Of a DNA stretch of 64,000 nt, positions 55,397 to 64,000 are shown piece by piece. The translations under genes were made by a program, and so were the position numbers. The notes beneath the pieces are model-generated. The model did not search any database. It was not told the origin of the DNA and saw only the letters and a list, made by a program, of their open reading frames with translations. This DNA comes from Moniliella sp. 'wahieum' (lineage: Eukaryota). Each line of letters opens with the position of its first letter. The first letter of the stretch is position 1. The DNA lies in the NCBI GenBank assembly GCA_003971905.1, contig RSEE01000089.1, forward strand, positions 186,001-250,000, written 5' to 3'.

Positions 55397-55456
55397 GATG
55401 CCGATGCAGGATGCCGATGCAGGAGGCCGATGCAGGAGGCAGGTGCAGGATGCAGG
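55397..55456. repeat. 13-bp tandem repeat (GATGCAGGA[T/G]GCC), about 3.5 copies, next to TGCA/CATG heptamer units
   Basis: gatgcaggatgcc gatgcaggaggcc gatgcaggaggc, read directly. Confidence 0.7.
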
Positions 55457-56145
55457 GGTGCAGCGGATGGGTGGATTGACTGACTGGTGACGCGGACGGG
55501 ACATGGAATTCGGCGCTGGCTGCGCGTGAAGCGGATGGGGCGGGGCAGCGGGGCAGTGGGGGTGGATGGGGTGCATGGCATGTGGCCGGTGGGCGTGGGC
55601 GCGTGGGATTGCAATCAAGCAATCCATCAGTGCCGCCGATTCCCCGTGGCTGGGGCGCTGGGGGGCAGAGGGCCGGGTGGCTAATCATCCCTGGGGGGCA
55701 CGGGGCAGGCGTGTGCGCAATGCTGAGTCTGAAATCGTGCTGACTAGGATGCGCCGATGCACCGAGGACTGCGGCCTCAGCCTGGTGAGATCGATAGGTA
55801 CGAGTCCAGTCCGTGGCGAGTACAGAGTGCTGACGCACGGACGGCGTGCACTTGTACTTGTCAAGCATGTCACGTGTTATCCAGTAGGCAGTATGCGGCA
55901 GTGTGAAGAGACTGTGACATGCATGTGACAGGCGGTGCCGCAACCCTGTACTGGCCTGGCCAGGCTTGGCTTTCAATTTCCAGTTGAATCGTTTGGCTGC
56001 CGAGTGCAGGCTACATGCGCCAACACCCTCGTCGGCTCCACCCGGCTGCCCCAGACTCCACCTGCGCTGACCCTCGCTGAGCGTCGCCCTGCCTTCGCAC
56101 AAGCTGCCCGCGCCCTCGCCTGACGTTGCGGGCGCCCGTGCGACC

Positions 56146-57534
56146 ATGTCCCCGCCGTCCCGCTTGCCTCGCACGAGCCAGGCGACGCACCTGCTGCCGA
56201 TCCCCTGCAATCCCCTCCGCTCCTCCACCCGCTCCTGCCTTCCGCCGCCGCCTCGCCACCCTCCGCCTCTCCGCCCGCCTTGTTTGACGCTGGTCTGTCC
56301 CTTCCCCCGCCCGATCGTCCGTACGATGGCCGTGTGCTGGCCTCGGCCGATGCCTCCACCTCGGCCGCCGTCCACAGCCTCTCTCCGCCCGCCCCCGCCC
56401 GAACCCGGCTGGACTCGGTCCGCCTGGCCCTTGGCCGCTTTGGCCGCCTGGTGGGCATGCGTGTGCCTGGTGCGGTCTATACCTCGCTGTCCCAGTCGGA
56501 CGACGATCCTGGGGTGCATCCACGCCGTCGCGTCGTTGGTTCGGGCCTGGGCCAGGACGGTGTGTTCTCCAATATGAATGCCAAGCCCGAACCGCGCCGG
56601 CGCCGTCACCCCAACGCCGGGATGGAGGGAGATCGTGGCGAAGACGACGACTTGGTTCGTTGCCCCCCCCCCCCCCCCCCTAACCCTTCCTCTATCTTTT
56701 CCCGGTAACAAGGCTGACCATTTCTTCCAGGCTGACGAGGACGAAGTGCCCCCCTCGTATGCGCAGGCTGCTGCCGATGCCGTACCGCCCTATTGGGAGA
56801 CCGCCGTGGGGGCGGTCTTCCCCACCCTCTTGCCCCGGGGGGCAGCGGCTGGACTCCTGGCTCGACGTCTGTGGGCTCAGTGCAAGATTTGATTGTGGAT
56901 GGATTACCGGTGGGCAACCTATTTGGCTTGGTCTGGAACCTGGTGGTATCGGTGTGCTTCCAGTTTGTCGGGTTTCTGCTCACCTATCTGTTGCACACGA
57001 CGCATGCCGCCAGAGCTGGTTCGAGGGTGGGGTTGGGAATCACCTTGGTTCAGTACGGATTCTCGCTGCGTGCGTCGGCAGAGAAGTTGCGCTCCGAAGT
57101 GCCCAACGCCAGTTCTGGACAGGAAGATGCGGGGGCCAAGACAGCCCAAGCTATGGAAATGTCATCGGCTGATTGGCTTTCCTTTTCTCGTCCTTCTGGG
57201 CGCACTCATCATCCTGGCCAGCTCCTCGTCGTACATCAAGCTCGTGCGCTTTGGCCACCGTCTCGTCAAAGAAGCCCGTCGTGATCAGGAGGATACCGAG
57301 GCGACGCTGGAAACGGATGCGGTTACGTTGCCATCCAACCCGGCGACGCCTGCGTCCACCGTTCATGCCTCTGCCTCGCACCACGCTCTCTCCGTTCTTC
57401 AAGCCATGCTGCAGCGTCCACATATTCCACGTATAGCCTCGGCCGCCGCGCAGGAGGACAGGGAACGGCGGACGGCGCTGGCACCGGTCTTTGAGCTGGA
57501 AGATGTGGAGGGTCCGCCGGCACGATCCACCTAG
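56146..57534 (+). CDS. BSD2: Bsd2-like Rsp5/Nedd4 adaptor (metal homeostasis membrane protein); intron 56655-56730
   Basis: GQDGVFSNMNAKP; PY motif PPSYAQAAADAVPPYWET; DGLPVGNLFGLVWNLVVSVCFQFVGFLLTYLLHTTHAARAGSRVGLGITLVQYG. Confidence 0.92.
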
Positions 57535-58562
57535 GCCAAAGGGATGCTGGCTCCCTTTCGTTTTGCCTCTTGTCTTTTTCACATGATTGTACTCATACCT
57601 TCCTTTCCCCGTTGTTGCTTTCACACTGGACATTACATCTTGCGCTTATTTGTCACGGATCTACGACTCATTGGGCCGAGTGGCTGGAGCAAAGTGAACC
57701 ATATCATTCACACATGATCGAGTATCAACCGAATGTCAGGATGAGACGTTAGAGTCAAGTAAACTATTGGTAGATTGCACTGTGCAGCCCACCGCAAAGA
57801 GTCAGTCCTCCAAGCGTACCAACAACTCCCCTGAGGTGGGATGGGGAAGATCATGGTTAGTGTATTATACTGGAGGGAGACGTTAGGAAAAAAGATGAAT
57901 ACGAAGGGGTCGAAGCAGATATCGCACGTGCAGAGTGAATAACGGCAAGTCTTTCGGGTAAACAGATGGCAAAGGGACAGGTGAGCCACCGTTGAGAGAG
58001 GAGACGTTTACAAACCGTGGCTCAACGGAATCATTTGTCCAGACACCACTAACCCCACCAATCTTTTTCGCTTTATATTCTCCGTAGAAATGTACATCAC
58101 GCCGATACAACGACGCCGTATCCACACTCCCGCGGGACTCTTCTCCGTGGCAGTGGCCCCGTTTATCCTGAAAATCATCATATGTGAGCCCAGTGTCCTA
58201 CTTGAGGCCCGACTGGTTAGACACTCTCTGTCTAACCATTGTCTGTTATTTTTCTCCCACGCAGCCTCCCAAGCGGACCACAACAACGCGAACTAGCATA
58301 CGGGGTGAATACATTTTGAGCCGAAACGTAACAAGGGTGGGGCAAGAAAACGAAAAGTCAGGAGAGCGAAATACGTGCGGTTGGGTAGCGAGGAGCGACG
58401 TGCACATATGAATACAATGACTGGGAAGTTGGTATCAGGAACTAAGACGATCCGAGGAGAATGTGGCCAACGAGGGTCCGCTTCTCGACGACGTTGATCG
58501 CAGTCGAGCAAGTACTGCCCGTGTACGAGAACTCTTGAGTGCACACTGGGTGCATTCCGGCA

Positions 58563-61500
58563 TCAGGCCTCAGGCCTCAGGGCGACAGCTCCTTGGCCCA
58601 CTGTGCTGCGGTGAGGTGCACGCCTTTGAGCCGTTGCCGCAGATCGGCCAAGAGGCCTTGGGAGCGCAACTCGTGGGCCGTGCGCGCATACAGCGCAGTG
58701 ATGGTGTTGTCCCCATCCCTCCATCTCCTCTCCGACACGGGGGGGGGCGTGCCGGGGCCGAGGGAGCGGAAGCAAGTGGCGCTGCCGCGCGCTGCTGGCA
58801 CGTTGGCCCGCTCGCCGGCACCAAGGGCAGCGCGGGCGCTTCCTCAGTCGCATACGTAAAGGAGAACCGGGGCAGGGGGGCAGGTTGCTGTTCTGCGCGC
58901 TTGCTCGCTGCCCAGGCGGCGGTGATGAAACTCTCTTCGGCGTGGAGCCGCCTTCCTGTAGCGGCTGGGGCGCGAAGGAGTGGGTACGGCGGCCAGCGGT
59001 GCGGGGCGAATGGGTCGCTGGTCGTTTGCCCATCCGCGCCGTACGCAGGGGCAGGCGCGCGTCCGACTGAGGCGGCGCAGGCCAGACCAACAAACGGCAT
59101 GGGAGGACTGGGTTCGCGTTCCCGTTGCCGTTCCTGGTCCGTACCAGCTGCGGCACCACGGGCATGCTTGCCGTTGGTGAACAGTCTTCTAGGAAGCGGC
59201 AGTCCGGCACCTCGTTCCCGCTCCCGTCTACGCGGGAAGGGCGAGTCGGCTTCCTGGACGACAAGCGGCCGAGACAAGGGAGAAGTGCGACGGGTACGAA
59301 TCGGACCCACCCTGGGCTCCCTCCTCTTCGCCACTAGAGAGGCGGGCAAGTGCACTGACAGAACGGGAAGCGCGGCGCGCGACGAAGGCGAAGCTGATAC
59401 CCAATCTTCCGCCTCGGACGCCGAGTCGGGCGAGCTTTCGAGCGAGGCAGTGGCGCGGCGAACGCGTCAACGTCCATCGCTTTGGGCGGGAGGTGGTAGG
59501 CCCAGTACTGTGCGTGGACACGGACTCGGGCTCGGACGGAAGCGAAGGTGATGGCGATGGCGAGGCGGAGGGCGATGGCGATCCGACGCCCAGCCCGTGG
59601 GGAAGGACTGGTGGGAGGCGCAAGTGGGTGGGTGTTGGAACCGGGTACAGGCGAGCGGCCGTTGGCCGGTCGAGGTAGCGGGATGTTCGTTGGGGGTCCA
59701 AATTTGACCCTCGCGGCGTTGCGAGCACTTTGTTGCACTGCGCATCATTTTCTCCAGGCCTCAGACTCGGATACTTGGCGCTTGGCTTGCTCCCGCCCGA
59801 GCAGCGTGTGTCGCTGCCAACGCTTCTGTCCATCGGACGCAAACTGGGAGGTGGGTGGCGCATCCGGCCGGGGGTAGGCAAGACCGGTGCCGCCTGAGGG
59901 AAAGGGTAGGGAGAAGGGGGAACACCACTGGGGGGAACCGAAGTTGGTTGTTCCGCCCCTGCCATTCCTCGTGCCGGGGTGGAGAAGCGAGCAGCACGAG
60001 GGGCAAGGAAGGAGGATTCGAGAGGCATGTGGCCTCTGCCCGAGGCCATGGCAAAGGCCGGGGTCGAGGCGGGGAAGGCCACCAGGCCGGCAAAGGGGGT
60101 GGAGAGCAGGGACCCGGCACCGCCGTGTGCACCGAGGCAACCATGGGAAGACAGTTTGGCTCATCGAGGCCTGGCGTGGCGTGTTCGGGGATCGGAGGGA
60201 AGCAGGGGGAGGATGGTCAAAGCAGTGGCGGTCGGGACGGGGGTAAATCGATCCAGGTGAAGTCCACCTCGAGGTCGGGCTGCTTATCATGTTCGTCGTC
60301 CGCCTCCCCCTCCGAAAGGGAAGGGGTAGAGAGCGAGGCATCCATGGCCTCCGCTCGGTCATCTCAGTGTCCCCCGTGCGGGGGGGAGGAGAGAGATGCT
60401 GAGACACGCACTGCGGAACGATCAAACGAGTCGGAAGAGGGGTACGTCTTGCGCTGGCATGAGGTAGCTCTCATCCGGAACAGCACGACTCGTCCACCAT
60501 CGGGACAAAGGGGGGTGGCGCCGTCGTCCATGAGGCTGGGTCAGATCCGGGCAAAGAAGGCATGGTTCAAACTTGGTCGGAACCTTGCCGCCCGAGGCGC
60601 TGCGCCGGCGCCGAAAGAAGCCCGAGAGGAGCGAGCGCAATTCTTTGCTGATCGGCACCGACTCGTCCAGACGCAGGAACTGGTCATGATGCGGATGCGG
60701 TAATAAGCCTCAGACGGCTTGGGGGACCAAAAGGGGAGTGAACCATACGTCATCTCATACAGCACCACGCCCACCGACCACCAGTCGACTTCGGGTCCAT
60801 AAGCCCCGGGACCATCCGCAGGGAGGTGCACGGACTCCTCCCCGTCCTGAGAGAGACCTGCCAATCTGCTCTCCTCGTGCAAGAGGATCTCAGGCGCAAT
60901 GTAGTCGCACGTACCTGCTGGTTTTTTGGCAATACATGTGGTTGTACCAGGCGTTGCTTCCATTCCCTGTTGGGGTGATCGGGTCGAACCAACCAAAGGG
61001 AGCGGCCGTGCCAAAATCACAGATCTTCAAGTGGCCCGTCGAGTGCAAGAGAAAGTTGGCTGGCTTGATATCGCTGAATCAAAGGGTGAGCAAAGATGGA
61101 CCAGCGGGGGAGGTTACGGGGTAGATGCATGCGTACCGTGCGCAAACCCAATGCCATGCAACCAGGCCACAGCCGCACAAATGTCTTTAGCATAGGCAAG
61201 AGTCCAATTTTCCGTCAGAGAGCGCCTGGAACCTTGCTCTGACCCGGGTACGAGGCATCTGCAGCGCCGGCAGAGGACAACAGGGCCTCGAGGTCGCCCG
61301 CAGGGCATTATTCCATGACCAAGTGGGCTGCCTCGTGGGACTGGAAGGCGGTGGGGAGGAGCGGTGTGGGCATGCTGCCCCAAAATTCCCCCGGGACAAC
61401 CGACAGAGCATCTTCGTTCGTCTCGGTGGTATCTCTCGTGTGGCCGAGGGAGGCAGACAGATCCGTAGTGCGGCCCGAGGCAAGCGCTTTGAGGAAGATT

Positions 61501-62053
61501 CGCTTTTCCAGCAACGGGTTAATCCTGTACCGTTCCCTCTCGGCGGCGCCCTTGAGGGTAGACTTGAGCACGTATACCTTGCCATCGTGCCGGCAGCGCA
61601 CGAGATCGACCATGCCGGGCCCACCGCGCTGCAGGTTTCTGACCAAGGTGTAGTCGGCGGCATGGAGCATGAGCTCGGGCACGCGCGCCAGCTGGGCGTG
61701 CTCGCTGCTGGGCAGGGATCGCGGGGGCACCCAGAGGAGGGCCAGGGCCGTATCAATGTCGGCCGAGTGGACGCTGGAGGAGGAGGAGAGGGGCGGGGGT
61801 GGCCGAGCTGGTCTGCACGCGTCCTGGCGGCTTGGAGACGGCGGCGATGGCGGGCCGTTGAAGGAGGGTGTCGAGCTGGGTGCTGCGCTCTCGCCACAGG
61901 CGGAGTTCGCCGGCGGGGGCGGAGGGCATGCTGGAAAGAGGGTGGGAGGCGAGGAGGTGGGGGGAGGAGGGAAGGCGGGCGAGGCGGGCGGTGGGGCGAG
62001 GTGGGTGGCTGGATGCTCTGTGGGTCGGCCCCTACACCGCGGGGGTAGAACAT
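58563..62053 (-). CDS. AGC-group Ser/Thr protein kinase with long disordered C-terminal tail; intron ~61076-61136; ends approximate
   Basis: [69 protein letters not shown]. Confidence 0.9.
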
Positions 62054-62847
62054 GGAGGGACCGAGGGCTGTGTCCAGGGCATCGGTGCAACGGCTGCGGG
62101 CACGGCGCCAGTGGGTGCGCCACTTGCCGTGCCAGGCAGGGGGCGCTATAGATGTTAGACTAACGACCAAGCAACCAGCCAGGCGAAACAGTGCTGGAAG
62201 TCGCAATTCGCAGCCACGCGGCCGGTGAGGCGACCGTGACCGGTGAGCGATGCCAGCCGCACATCTCAGGTGGCCCAAGCACACGCTCCCCCCTCAGCGC
62301 CCTCCAGCCTCAGCCTCCAAGCCTCGCCCACAGCCTCCATCCCCAGGCACTGGGCCGTGTTTCGCTACTGGCTGCTGGGGTCTGCGCGTGTGCTCGGGTG
62401 CGGGAGCTTCTCCTTTAGGAGAGTCTCTCGGGTGCTTTTCAAACTCTACCATTCTCAACACGCCCCCCATCTCCATATCCCATCGACCACATCTCCATCA
62501 TCGACGTCATCCCCGTACTACCAAAACATGTGGTCAAGGCATTCCATCTCCCCATGCTGCCCGCCATTTCACGCCACAGTGCTCCGTTGCCCTACCCAGT
62601 CCCCACCCCCGTCCTGCACCTCTCCCTCTTCAAGTTTCCCTGGATCCGTTGCGCAAAGCAACGCACCTGCAAGCGTGGCGCAACACATGGGCACTACGAT
62701 AGATAGGGGGGGCAACTTTTTGGATTTGACCTCGCTACTTAACGAACACTGTTTTGCAGTTTGCACCATCGGTGCCGAACCCACCCGCCATCATGAACAT
62801 CATGCCAACAATCTCACAGAACACTCGTCCCCTAGGCGGTCGCAGCG

Positions 62848-64000
62848 TCAAATCAGGGCCTGAAGCTGCGCCGTAAAGCCCTCCACCAGGTAGACGCTGG
62901 TCTCATCCATGACAACCAGCCGACCTTGCCCAGCATGGGCAAAGTCGTTGGTCAAGGACGGGAAGAAGATCTTGACCACTGGCACCCCTCGGGCGTGGAC
63001 ACCATGACGCCATCTGCATAGTCGGCATAGACTTGCCCTGCTGGTCCAGCTTGAGGCCATCCGGGACGCGGGTAAAGGCCCAAGAGTGCATCTTTTTATT
63101 GGCCAGTTGGTGCGTCGTCACACCGTCCCGTGTGCTGGTGAGAACATCAAACTCGTATACCGCCGACGTTTCAGTCACCTCCACCACAGCCGCTTCGGTT
63201 GCGGTCGAGGTCACGTACACTTTGGTCCCGTCGGGCGAGATTTGAATACCGTTGGGAACGGAATGCTGTCGTCAAGGGCGCGGACGAGACCGGTACGCGG
63301 GTCAAGACACCAGGTCATCAAGCGCATGGTCTGGGCGGACGGAACGTTTGGGTTTGCGCGTACCACTGCCAGAGATAGGGGTTAGTAGTGCACACAATCA
63401 GAGGATTAATCGCCCTCCGCCGTCGACCGATGCAGTAGGCCAACATACCGAGTCTGTAAAGAAGATCTGTCCGGTCGTCGGGTGGACCGAAACGTCGTTA
63501 GTCCGTTCCATTGACGGCCATACGCATTTTGCAAGCACCTGAGGTGGGGCAGAGGCGTTCGTCCGGTCTACCAACACCACCGATGGGTTCAGCTCGCCCC
63601 GACCTTCGGTCACGAACAGTAGATGGTCAGCGCCATAGGCCGTGCCGCCATTAATCATCTGTACATTGGTCGAGTTGACCCCAAACAACTTGACCGCCGA
63701 CGTATCGTTCCATGCCAGAGCATGACCCTGTGCCTTGGCTCGTACCGCGACACTGGTGAGGTGTTGACCTCAAAGATGACGTTGGTGCGGTTGATAACCC
63801 GAGTGGCCATTAGGCGAACCGGCGTTAGAGACAAAGTAAAGGGACTAGGGTTGGGAAGAATGCGTCAGTGCTGCTTTGGAAAATAGGCAGTCCAGAAAGA
63901 TATAGAAACCATAAGAACAAAACGTACATCAGTTTGCGGGTAGTAGACTGGGGCCTCGTGGGCCCAGTAGTAGTCGTCGTCGTTCTTCAAAATCTCAGTG
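62848..64000 (-). CDS. SMP-30/gluconolactonase/lactonohydrolase-family six-bladed propeller; 5' part lies outside the window
   Basis: VQMINGGT; NDVSVHPTTGQIFFTDS; PNGIQISPDGTKVYVT; VYEFDV; PDGLKLDQQG. Confidence 0.85.

Noticed and set aside
57600..58500. Small minus-strand ORFs between BSD2 and the kinase
   Set aside because: Short, unassignable and interrupted by stops; probably convergent 3' UTRs.

Overview
GC-rich, gene-dense eukaryotic DNA from a fungus, most likely an intron-poor basidiomycete. This is inferred from protein similarity and from short GT-AG introns with CTRAC branch points. About 21 protein-coding genes can be recognised, including eIF3d, a GPI-type alpha/beta hydrolase, TRM6, mitochondrial uS15, cyclophilin B, MOB2, a Cys-less thioredoxin-fold protein, an AIM19-like protein, VID27, RPT1, a TRP/FLC-like membrane protein, a Ral2/Mds3-like kelch-BTB protein, enolase, a probable Sec14(CRAL-TRIO)-Iml2 fusion, PI-PLC, GH128, a TEA/ATTS factor, BSD2, an AGC kinase and an SMP-30/gluconolactonase. 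Almost every gene, including essential ones, is broken by 1-nt frameshifts. These most likely reflect long-read indel errors, so gene ends are approximate. The most striking unexplained signal is non-coding. Intergenic and promoter regions carry a recurring 7-bp-period grammar, T-N-A-[4-bp palindrome]-T-N-A, that is A....T six-base palindromes separated by one base. I found 13 different palindromic cores, both as homogeneous arrays and as in-register mosaics, and almost none inside coding sequence. No rRNA, tRNA, CRISPR array or recognisable transposon was seen. All protein assignments come from motif recognition by eye, not from database searches.
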